The notes under the pieces were generated by a model, which made no database searches, had not been told where the DNA came from, and worked only from the letters and a program-made list of their open reading frames with translations. This document shows, piece after piece, positions 12,175-24,600 of a stretch of 64,000 bases of DNA. The DNA comes from Leucoraja erinacea (taxonomy: Eukaryota): contig NC_073401.1 of assembly GCF_028641065.1 (NCBI RefSeq), positions 13,702,001 to 13,766,000 on the forward strand. Reading direction: 5' to 3'. Position numbers and translations under genes: made by a program. Position 1 is the first letter of the stretch; each line of letters begins with the position of its first letter.

Positions 12175-12480
12175 CCTACGTCACCATGGCAACCGGGATC
12201 CGAGCGAGAGAGGGGCGGACTCTCCCGCGCAAAGCTCCGGGAGTCGCGCACGCGCACGCGCTTCCTGACTGCCGGTGCGTCACACGCTCTGCACAGCGGT
12301 CCGTTGGCGGGAGACTGGGGGTGAGGGACAGGACAGGACAGCGGGCCGAGTGGCTCTGTGGGCCAGAGGGGGGGGAGGGGGGTCACGTGATAACGGGCTC
12401 GTGCGCGAAAGGCGCCAGGTTTGAAGCGCGCCAACGACAAGGTTGTCATGGAAGCCTTGCAGCGGCCCGGGAAGCATTGA
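12175..12480 (+). promoter_or_regulatory. CpG island, RAD9B promoter
   Basis: CpG-dense. X-box GTCACCATGGCAAC 12180-12193, NRF1-like GCGCACGCGC near 12246, E-box GTCACGTGAT 12382-12391, E2F GCGCGAAA 12403-12410, CDE/CHR GGCGC-N4-TTTGAA 12411-12425. Confidence 0.75.
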
Positions 12481-12613
12481 GGGGCTGGGGCACCCAGAGG
12501 AAACACAAGATTAATCTTCAAATCATTGCACTGACTCGCTTGTTGAAATCAAGGTTTGTTGTTTGTGTTGCCAACAGGTGAAACACGATCACATCAAAAC
12601 AGCTGCCGGCACC

Positions 12614-12647
12614 ATGAAATGCATAATTCCCGCAAACAACCTGAGAG
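12614..12647 (+). CDS. RAD9B: RAD9B coding exon 1
   Basis: GCACCATG context; [11 protein letters not shown]; donor GTAGAT. An AG at 12576-12577 suggests an upstream non-coding exon. Confidence 0.85.
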
Positions 12648-15600
12648 GTAGATTTCAAAATATTTATATTAATAGCACAAGTATGTTTAATCGTGAAAAA
12701 TGCTATCTATACCGCAGTTGTTTATAGGAATATAATATATATTCTTCAGTAGCAGATTTAACCAGTCTTTTATTCAAATCACTTCGGATGCGAAAATCAT
12801 AATTTTGTTTTATGATTTATTAATTCTCTAAACCTTCCATGAGCTATATTTTAAATAAGGTATGGGGCACTCTTGGCCTTTTGGATCCGTTCTCAGAATT
12901 GTCAGGTCATATTTTATTTTTAATCACTATTAAAGATGAAATCTTAGGATTTAATTATCATATGCTTTCTTTACTTCTGATATTATAACATTGGCAGGTT
13001 TTCCCCTTTTGTATAAGGCAAAATATTTAATTAACAGTCAGCTGTATTTGCTATAATAAACGTTTCTTTGTTATCATATGTGGCTTTGTTTGTTTCATAT
13101 TACAACAACTGAGTGCTGGAAAATGAACCAGTAGATAATGTTTAATCATGAAAAATGCTATCTTTCTTTGCAGCGTTTGGAAAAGCAATCCATGCCTTAT
13201 CCAAAATTGGCGATGAGATATGGCTCGATCCTTTAGAAAATGGTGTAAGTTGTGGATATTAACAATATGTTTGTGACACTGACGGTATGGGAAGGTAATT
13301 CAAGTTGGATGAAGCATACCCTCTCCTAATGTTCTGATTTTAATCTTTTACTATAGAAACATGATGATAGAAAGTAGGTGCGATAGACCACCAGGTCCGA
13401 GACCCGCACCGCCATTCGCTCATGGTTGGACACAAACAGACACACTTGGTAGACACTGTGTAAAGCTTTGCCTCCCCTCTATACCTCTACACCCCTCTCC
13501 ACTACATCGTGTCTCCTGGGGGAAAAAACCGGTACAAATTCTAGATTCCTCTCCGCCCCAATCCAGTAAATCGATTGTAGATCACTCAAAACAAAATATA
13601 GGTCCATATCCCTGCCCTGGACAGATTGGACCATTTTTTAGTCTTAAATATGCCCTTTCTGCTTCCATTCTCACCATAAATTAACCCCCTCTGGGTGAAA
13701 AGTCTTGCAAATCTTTGGCTTATTCTGAAACTATGTTAGTTCTAGCCTTCATTGGGAACTCCTGGTGCATCCACCCGATGGTCACGATCTTGTTTTTCAA
13801 TGAGATCGCCTCTCATTGATTAAACTGCCGTAGAGTCACATCAACCTTGTCGAAGATGTCAATCCCCTCAAATTAATCTTTCCTTCGCTGCTGCCTCCAG
13901 GGCCATCCTTTCAGGAGATTTGCAAACTGTATATTCTTTCATAACTGTAACATGCAGCAAGCTCACTCAATCCCCCTAGCATAAAGGCCAAAAGTCCATT
14001 GGCTTCCTAATTGCTTGCTGCACAATTTCAGTGTCATTACTAAAATCCCTTAATTCTAAAAAATTCTAATTGCAAAATGGTTATTCACATCAAAGTGAAG
14101 AACTGAACTTCACCATGAGTCAGGACATTAAAATAAGAAATATGGGGCAGCAGTGTCGCAGCTGGTAGAGCTGCTGCTTGACAGTGCCAGAGACCTAGTT
14201 TCGATCCTGACCTCGAGTGATGTCTGAGCGGAGTTTGCATGTTTTTGCTGTGACCATGAGGGTTTCCTCCAGGTGCACCATTTTTCCTCTACATCCCAAT
14301 CATGTACGGGTTTGTAGGTTAATTAGCCTCTAAATTGCCCTTAGTGTGTAAGGAGTGGATGAGAAAATGGAATAACAGAACGTGAGAACAAGTGATTGAT
14401 GGCGTGGACTCGGTGGGCTAATGGGGCAGTTTCCATGCTGTGCCTCTTTAAAAGAAACAAAACATTTTTTTTTTTTAAAGATCTTTTTTGATTAGGCATT
14501 TTTGATCATTTAAATATTTACAGCATCACTTCCTTAAATAGGAATCATTTAATTTTCTGCACCTTGAATATGAATCTCTTTACTTATAGTACCTGTATAT
14601 TCTTTGATTTAACTTGTCAAAGTGTTTTGAATATTTTTCAGCTATATTCTAGAATAGTTAATCATTTAATGTTTTGTTTTGCAGCTTGCACTGAGATCGG
14701 TTAATTCTTCTGGATCGGCATATGCTTGCTTTTTATTCTCTCCCCTCTTCTTCCTGCATTACAGCAGGGGTAACAAGCAGCAACAGGAAACCTCTGAAGC
14801 TGAGGTTGTACCCCTCAACTGTAAGATGGCAATTAAGGTATAGTTTGGGTTTTCCGAAGCTAAAGGCTACAACATAGAAATATAGAAAATAGGTGCAGTA
14901 GTAGGCCGTTCGGTCCTTCGAGCCAGATGATCATGGCTGATCATCCAAAATCAGTACCCCATTCCTGCTTTTCCCCCATATCCCTTGATTCTGTTAGCAC
15001 CAAGAGCTATATCTAACTCTCTCTTGAAAACATCCAGTGAATTGTCCTCCACTGCCTTGTGACAGAGAATCCCTTATTCTTAAACTGTGACCCCTGGTTC
15101 TGGACTCCCCCAACATTGGGAACATTTTTCCTGCATCTAGCCTGTCCAATCCCATAAGAATTTTACGTTTCTATAAAATATACTCTTATCCTTCTAAATT
15201 CCAGTGAATATAAGCTCATTCGGTCCATTCTTTCATCATATGTCTGTCCCGCCAACCCGGGAATTAACCTGGTGAACCTATGCTGCACTCTCTCAATAGC
15301 AAGAATGTCCTTCCTTAAATTAGGAGACCAAAACTGCACACAATAATCCAGGTGTGGTGACTCCAGGGCCCTGTACAACTGCAGTGGGCCCATTTTGCTC
15401 CTATAACCAAATCCTCTCGCTATGAAGCCCATCATGCTTTGCTTTCTTCACTGCCTGCTGTACCTGCATGCTTACTTTTAGTGACTGATGTACAAGGACA
15501 CCCAGGTCTTGTTTCACCTCCCCTTTTCTTAATCTGACACCATTCTGATAATAAACACAAAATGCTGGAGTAACTCAGCGGGACAGGCAGCGTCACTGGA

Positions 15601-18600
15601 GAGAAGGAATGGGTGATGTTTCGGGTCAGGATTCTTCTTCAGACTGATGTCAGGGGAGTGGGCGGGACAGAGATAGAATGTAGTCAGACTTCAACAGTAA
15701 GACTGGTTGGAGAACTGGGAAGGGGGAGGGGTTGGAGAGAGAGGGAAAGTAAGGGCTATTTGAAGTTAGAGAAGTCAATGTTTATACCGCTGGGGTGTAA
15801 ACTACCCAAGCGTAATATGAGGTGCTGTTCCTCCAATTTGTGCTGGGCCTCACTGGAGGAGTGGAGGAGGCCCAGGACAGAAAAGTCAGATTGGTATTGG
15901 GAGGGGGAGTTAAAGTGCTGAGCAACCGGGTGATCAGGTAGATTAAGGCGGACTGAGTGGCGGTGTTCAGCAAAATAATTGCCAAGCCTGCGCTTGGTCT
16001 GGTCGATGTACAGAAGTTGACACCTGGAACAGCAGATACAGTAGATGAGGTTGGACGAGGTGCAAGTGAACCTCTGCTTCACCTGAAACTGCTGTCGGGG
16101 TCCTTGGATGGAGTCAAGGGGGGCGGTAAAGGGACGGGTGTTGCATCTCCTGCGGTTGCAGGGGAAAGTACCTGGGGATGGGGTGGGAAGGGACAAATTG
16201 ACCAGGGAGTTGCGGAGGGAACGGTCTCTGCAGAAAGCAAAAAAGGGGAAGATGGGAAGATGTGGCCAGTAGTGGGATCCCGTTGGAGGTGGCGAAGATG
16301 TTGGAGGATTATATGCAGTATGCGGCAGCTGAAGCGGTGAAAGGTGAGGACAAAGGGGACACTGTCATGGTTACAAATGGGAAGGAGGGGGAGCAAGAGC
16401 AGAGCTGCGGGATATTGAGGAGATCCTAGTGAGAGCCTCATCTATAATGGAAGAAGGGAACCCCCATTTCCTAAAGAATGAGGACATCTCCGATGCCCTG
16501 GTATGGGAAAACCTGGGCGCAGATGCGGCGTAGACGGAGGAATTGGTAGGGGATAGAATCTTTACAGGATGCAGGGTGGGAAGAAGTGTAGTCTAGATAG
16601 CTATGGGAGTCAATGGGTTTGTAGTAGATGTCGGTCAATAGTCTGCCTCCTGTGATGGAGATGGTGAGATCCAGAAACGGTAGAGAGATGTCGGAGATGC
16701 TCCAAGTGAATTTGAGTGCAGGATGGAAATTGGTCATGATGTTGATGAAGTCAGTGAGTTCTGCATGAGTGCAGGTGGTACCATTGATGCAGTCGTCAAT
16801 GTAGCGGAAGTCGAGTTCAGGGATAGGCCCAGTGTACGTCTGGAACAGTGATTGTTCCACGTAGCCTACAAAGGCCGGCATAGCTAGGGCCCATGCGAGT
16901 GCCCATAGCTACGCCTTTCATTTGAAGGAAGTGGGAGGAGTCGAAGGATAAGTAGTTGACGATAAGGACCAGCTCTGCCAAGCAGAGGAGAGTATTAGTA
17001 GACGGAAATTGGCTGGTTCTGCGGTTGAGGAAGAAACGGAGGGCTTTAAGACCTTCCTGGTGGGAGATGGAGGTATAGAGTGACTGGACATCCATAGTAA
17101 AGATGATGGAGTGGGGGCCTGGAAAACAGATATCAATGTAGATTAAGTTCTTTCCTAAACATTCTGATAATAATCTGCTTTCTTGTTTTTACCACCAAAG
17201 TGGATAACCTCACATTTATCCACATTGTACTGCATCTGCCCTGCATCTGCCCACTCACGCAACCTATCCAAGTTACCCTGCAGCCTCATAGCATCCTCCT
17301 CGCAGCTCACACTGCCACCCAACTTTATGTAATCCGCAAACTTGGAGAATTTACTTTTAATTCCTTTCTCTAAATCGTTGATACATATTGTAAATAACTG
17401 GGGTCCCAGCACTGAGGATCTAATTCCTTTTCTTTGCTTCCTGCCAACCAGTCTATTCATGTCAATACCCTATCCCCTTTTACCCTCACATGTTTAGCAG
17501 GGGTGACTAAATAATGTTCCTGCTGAAATAGAATTTAAACGAGATTTGTGTAAGTTTCTCAGTACACCCTGATTACAATGCGTTGAGGCAAGTTGGTAAG
17601 TGCCTAGCAATGTTATGTTAATATTGTTTCCTTCGTGTTAGCTGACGGGCAACATGTTCATGTTGGTTTAATGTATGGTCTGTAATTTATAATGTCCTAT
17701 GATCTTTTATTCTGTTTAGGTTGAATAATGATCACAAAAGATTATTACCACACTAAATCTTGGTATGAAATATGGCATTGGCTGAATTTTGAAAAAAAAT
17801 CTTTATGTAACCCCTTATTTTTAAGTTTGCAAACATAATATCATGGTGTCTAAATTCAAACTATAATATGAATTTTGACAGTAAATCTGCATATGTTTTT
17901 TTTCCGCAAATCACCTCCCCACCCCCCGGCAGATTACTTGGGTTTTTTTGATATTGGATTTCATCAATTTGCTGTTTTATCTTTTGCGCTACATATTATG
18001 TTAATTTTCAACAGAAGCTGAGAATTGAATAACTTCCCATTTAAAAATAATACTAAATTGGCACTTTGAAATACTATTTATGCCCCAAATAATGTTATTT
18101 ATCTTTACAGTTTCATTTCTTAACAATTTTGTGCAAGTTGCAATGTGACATTATTAATTAGAGCTTTTAAAATAAAAATCATTGAATTATTTGAACAAAA
18201 GATTTGATTTAAGTGCAAATCTCATGATCATGTTTTTTAGCTCCTTTTAAGAACATTCAGAAAATTGTGTTTGTTATATATGCTCTCACCTGTGTAGTTA
18301 GTGTTAGTGATATGACTGGATCTTGAATTTAATCTTTTGGAATGAGAAATATCCTATGTTTATGATTAAGAGGTCATTGTTTTTATTACTATTGTAACAG
18401 ACTTCTTGGCCTTTTTTGTTCTTTTACTCAGTATGTTCTTCCAATGTTTCGATGCCTAACTACATTAGAGAGGAATGTGGAGAAATGCAAGATTTATGTA
18501 AATTCACAGGACTGCCGAGTTGTTTTTCAGTTCTGCTGCAAACACGGTACAAAAACAAATTTACTAAATGTATCTTGAGATTTCATGGTGCCATTTAAAA

Positions 18601-21600
18601 AAAAAAATGTAATCGTCCTGATAGAGGAGATGGGGCCATAGCTAAATAGCTCATGTAAAAGAATAGTACCTCAGCTCCCACTCCAATAATCTATTAGAGC
18701 ATTGGAAACGATTTTGTGCTCCAGCCTTTGGAGGGAGAACTGAGCTGCCTTCTGATTTGAAGGTGAAAGTGCTGTTAACTGTGGCATGGGTGAATCTGTA
18801 GAACCTACCTGACAGTTTAATATGACATGTCATGTGCAAATTGGCACTAGGGGCGGGGAGCATTTGCTTATTGATACTCCGAAATGTCAGCCTCGAATAT
18901 CCACTGGGGTCTTGAGTGCTGCATAAACTAATGGCCTTCTAATGATACTTCCAGAAGTACATCATTGGCTATGTAATTGAGCTTTCTGACAGTGTGAAAG
19001 CTACTTTGGCTACAATTTGTTTCTGTAAGTCCTGGAGAAAAAATAATAATTCTCTGCTCACAGTCTATAAGAGTGTGGCAGCTGTCAAGTGATGCATTTT
19101 ATTTTATTTTTTCACCTGTTTTTGTTCCGTGACTTTCTATTTTGCTGGTTACAGGAATCACTAAAGCTCACCATTTGGCATTTCAAGAGTGTGAGACCCT
19201 ACAGGCTGTGTTTTCGAAACAGTTATGCCCAAATATAGTGCTATCTCATGCAAGGTAGGAACAATCATGCACTACAAGTGGAATGAACTATAATGGGTGG
19301 AAATAAATATTACTATTATGAAGAAAATTTAAGCCAAGTAAAGGGCAAACTCCATGCGGCATTTTACTAGTTCCATTAGATTGGAAATTTGTAAAACCTA
19401 AAAATTCAGGCACACCACTATCTCAAAAGGGCCTGGCACACAAATACTAAGTTAACAATCTCTTCACTGACACGGCTGTAAATGTCGAGGTGTGCTATCA
19501 ATGCTGTTACCTTCAAGACAGAGCCTGACCCTGTTGACTGTTCTGCTGGTTGACAACTGAAACCTGAAAATTAAATTAAATTGCAGATGCCAGAAATCTG
19601 AATTAAAAACAGAGAATGCTGGGAATTCTTCAACTTGAAATGTTAGCTTTCTGTTTATCTTCCTTCAGATGCAGCCTGCCCTGCTGAGTATTTCTAGTAT
19701 TATCTGAATTGTGACCATGCCAGTGCTCCCTATAGGTACTACATAGAACAATACCTCGCAGGAACAGGCCCATCGACCTATAATAGCCGTACTGAATATG
19801 ATGCCACATTAAAAATATAAAAATGCCTGCAAGTCATCCATTTCCTTCTGTTCCCTGCATACACATGTGCCTATTCAAAAGCCTCTTAAATGCCCATATT
19901 TTATCTGCCTCACTGCCACCCCTGGCAGCCTGTTCCAGGCACCCTCTGTGTGTCAAAGAAAACTTGTGTACACACTTTAAACTTTGCCCCTCTCACCGTC
20001 AACCTAAGCCCTGTGGTCTTTGACATTTGCACCCTGGGGGGGGGGGGGGGGGAGGTTCTGCCTGTCTACCTTATCCATGCCTCTCATAATTGTATACGCT
20101 TCTATCAGATTTCCCTTCCAATGCTCAACCTCCTATGCTCCAGAGAAAACAATCCAAGTTTGTCCACCTTCTCCTTGTAGCTAATACTATGCTGATTGAC
20201 CCTGCTAAGTAAATATATCTTTTTCTGGTTTAGCTTTTGCTTTCCAGTAATTGCATTTTAATGCTGTTTACCTTTAACTTGGGACTAAGTTCCCCTCTTC
20301 CTCCTTACATTAAGGGCCACCGTTATTAAGTATTAATGAAGTAACAATGAAATGTGAAAGTAAGTGCTCTTGAAAATAATGGAAATTGTGTTGGAAAAAT
20401 ATGAAAACTATGACACGTGAGAGAATAAATGAAGGAGACCTGTCTTGGGAATCAATAAATACTTCATTAAAATAAAATGATGCATGTGATTATTTTTTTT
20501 AAGGCTTCTGGCTGACGTTGCCATTCATTTCCCAATGTCTCAAGAAGAAATTACATTGACTGTAACTCCTCTGAAAGCTTTCTTCAAGAGCTATGTAGAT
20601 GAAGACAAAGGTAATTCGATCATCACCACAATGCAAGTGGAATAGAGTTCAATTATCAGCTAAAAGAGATAACGGTCTTTTAATTCTCTCCTTATGTAGA
20701 CTTTTCTTGTTTATATACAGATTTCTCAAAAGTAATGCAAACTGAAGTGAGTTTAAAACCCAATGAGTTTGAATATCTGCAGATTGGAGTTGACGCTGAG
20801 ATAACATTCTGCTTGAAGGAGCTTAGGGTATGGAACTTAATATTGTTATTGTATATTGACGTTTTTGAATTTGGTGTCACAAAATCACATGAAATTCAAT
20901 CCAATGGATCCATATCAGATCAATTTTCAGTATGTCAGTATAATTATTTTAATTATAAATTAAAGGATTAAATACACTAAGAATATTTATGTAAGGTTTT
21001 TTCATAAAGGATTTAATCTTTTCATAAAAACAGAGGCAATTGTGATTTCTTAAATTCATCTACACTTCCTCCCCGATATGATTGGGAGTATGAAAGCCAG
21101 ATTTATCGTATAAGCTGTTTAGTTCATATCTTGGGTTTTACAAATAATTTAAATTAAAACTTTGAGATGGTATTTTAGGGACAGTTTCTAACCATCCTAT
21201 CAACAACTAGAGAGCGGTCCTGAGCTACTATCTACTTCAGTGGTTCTTAACCTGGGGGGTTGTTTGGGTCTTTACCGGAGACATGAAGGGGTCATAAATA
21301 ACATATTCATTTGTTGAGCCCCTTTTTAGGAACCTAATAAAGGTACATACCACATACAGTATTTTGTTCGCGTATGCGCGTAGTATACCAAAAAGGTTAA
21401 GAGCCACTGATCTACTTCAATGGAGACTGTCGGACTATCTTTTATCAGACTATCTTGCACTAAATGTTATTCCCTTTTTCATGTATCTGTATACTGTGGA
21501 CGGTTCAATTATTCATGTATAGTCTTTCCGCTGACTAGTTAGCATGAAGCAAAGAGCTTTTCACTGTACCTCGGTACTTGTGACAATAAACTAAACACGG

Positions 21601-24600
21601 CATTATTTTTACTGCATATATAACCAACAGTACTCGGAAGGTTCATGCTCAAAGATAGTCGTGTAGCTTTTAATTGTTTTAATAGGAGTTTGCCACGGTA
21701 AAATGTGTATTGAAGAAAAAGCCACATCCAAGGTAACTCAAAGACAGTTGTTTTAATTGGATGCATTGAACGTTAACGTTACATGTTGTGGTTTACATTG
21801 TACAATCGATAAAACATAAGAATACACTACAGACTGTAAATAAGTGGTATGCACCTTGTCTTATGGGATTCTGTAAAATAAAAATATCTAGGACATTTTA
21901 ACCTTATTACTTGGAAGTGTCAGCATGCGAGTCCAGGCTATTTTTGTACTTTGTTCAACTTCCTACAGTGTTGCAGGTGACACATTTTAAGGTAATTGGT
22001 GCCTCCACGGAGTTAATCAAACAGAAGTTAACGCAGAGGACATCCTGTGATTTCCGGGTGGGGGGGGGAAGGAGGGGGTAGAAATTAAATTTGGAGTTAG
22101 TTGGGTACACAGTAACGTCAGCTGAACTTGAGATTGATAAAGATGGTAATTATTGCTGACTGCATGAAGCTGGTTGCTGACATTTGTGGAGCAGCTCCTA
22201 ATGAGAAAGCTCTGAAATAGAAAGTCCGCATGAAGCATTGTGAATAAGGTTAAAATTAGGCTTTGTATTACATGGTAGGATTTGTGATATTCCGTAGTAT
22301 ACTTTATATTGAGAGTACTGCCTTGCGAGTGCTTTTAATTATGTAGGTAATGTCATTTTAATGAATACCCACAGGAGTAAAATAACAAATGTTTAACAAT
22401 TCCTGGCTTTTTCATTAATCTTCTCTGCATGTTTCTAACTGATTCATGATATTTAATATTTTTTGTTCAGAACTGAATCATTGCAGATTATTTTCATCTT
22501 CCACTCTGACTTCTCAACTAAAGAAGTGACTGGTTTGGGAATGTTAGGTTGGCACCTTGGATATATTCTTGATGCCCAGATAGATCCTTGTATGAGAATT
22601 CTACAATGGAATTGCTTTTGGTGATAGTTAGGATGTGATTGAGAATAAAATTGTGAAAAGAATAGATCTGGTAAACAAAATCATGGGAGGAATAGATTGG
22701 GTGAATGCATAGAGTCTGTTGCCCAGAGTAGGGGAAGCACCAGAGGTTTAAGGTGAAGAGGGAAAGATTTAATTGGAATGTGAGAGGTAACTTTTTTACA
22801 CAAGGAGTGGTGGGTATATGCAATGAGCTGCCGGATGAGGTAGTTGAGGCAGGTATTATCATAACAGTTAAGAAACATTTGGACAGGTACATGGATAGAA
22901 TATGTTTTGAGGGTTATGGGTCAAGCACGGTCGGGTGGGACTACTGTAGATGGGGCATGTTGGTCATTGTGGGCAAGTTGGGCTGAAGTACAGTTTCCAC
23001 GCTGTATGACTTTGACTCTATAATACTCATTTCAGCATGTTTGAACATGTGCAGTTTAGGCAATTGGGACTGTATTGTATCATTCTCTCGTGTTCCTTCA
23101 TTTCCTGTAGTTCTTTCTCAACGTTTTGTGCTTTCGCTTTTTAACTCGTTCCTGATAAATGGTGACAAAGGCGGCTAAGCCAAAACTATGTGTAACTTTC
23201 GACTTAACTTCTTAATAATATATATTGCTTGTGACAACATAGTCTTCACTGTAGGTACATTGTGTAAGTATTCTGGACCAGAATCACAGAGTGAGAGAAT
23301 CATGTTTTTTGCTCAGTTGTAATTTTGGGCCAAGATTAGTGCCCCAGGGAACGTCCACAGAATGGAATTATTATGACGGCTGCTAAGCCAACAATTTGTT
23401 TGTGGCAGTACACCAACTTCGCCCCTTTCTGTTCATAAAAATGAAAGATCTTGTGTGTTCCACATAAAACAACATGAACCCTATCAGTGTCAGCTTGCAC
23501 CATGGGCCAGGCTGCAGACTGCAAAATCTTGAATACGCTTTGTCTGCTTGTCTATATGAAAATGCCTCTTTTTGTGCAGACATTGAAAAGCTTTTATCAC
23601 CAGGGAAAGTCTGGTTGAAGCCATCTATACAAAAAGTAAGAGACGTGGTCGCTGTCAGCTATGATTGTTTTGTCCCTTCCTTGTTTTGAAATTGCAGTGT
23701 TGGCATATTTAAGTGACTACCTCTTTGGTGAAGATAGGTAACAGAATTTGGTGAAGGATTGGAGATGAACATACTGAGGAGGGGGAAGAAACGGGGAGAC
23801 TGGGGTGGTGGGAGAAGGTTGGAGAAATGTGTACACACTGGGGTGAGGGTGCAGGGGGAAAGGGGGCGGGGGGGCTAAGGAGAGTTACTTGAAATTAGAA
23901 AATTCAATGTTCATGAGTTCATCAAGAGACTGTCTGGCCTGCTGAGTTCCTCCAGCAATTTGTGTTTTGTACAATTTAAGCCTTGAGTTTTTGAAAGAAA
24001 TAACAGCACATTTACAAGTTAAAACATTTTTGGAATGATATAAATATTCCTGCTGAATAGAGTTCTATTCTTTTGATTAAAAAAAAAAATAAATAAATTA
24101 TGCCTCTAGCATTATTGATGTCAAGAAGGGGCCTTTACTTGGAATAAAAGGCTCCTTCTCCACATAAAAGATGCATCCAAAGGGGCACAAAATTAATTAA
24201 AAAAATTAAAAGAGAGCCAGAACTTTCTAATTTAGAACAGACTTGCAGCCTTCACTCTCGTGAAAACACATTATCTGTAAATAATGCACTTTATAATGTC
24301 TTGAATAACATTCCAATAATGGGTGTGATGCTCTTTGACGAGAGCATAAGCTAGGTGATATATTGGACAGCAAGTAATATATCTTTGTTGGAACTGTGTC
24401 ATTGAAGAAGGTGAGATTGTTTTGAAGTTAGCTTGTGGGTTGGCAAATGTTACTGACTTTTCTCGCCCTCTGGATAAATTGGAGAAGCTGTTTAATCTAC
24501 GATTCGCATACAATATTGTGCAATTTGCTCTTAGAATAACAGTTATTAATGTTTCCAATTTACGTTTTAGAAAGTTTAAATACTATTTAAATTAATACTT

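Noticed and set aside
12057-12581. ORFs of 131-154 aa over the RAD9B CpG island
   Set aside because: GC-rich promoter sequence with no homology; the ATG at 12186 lies within the X-box palindrome.
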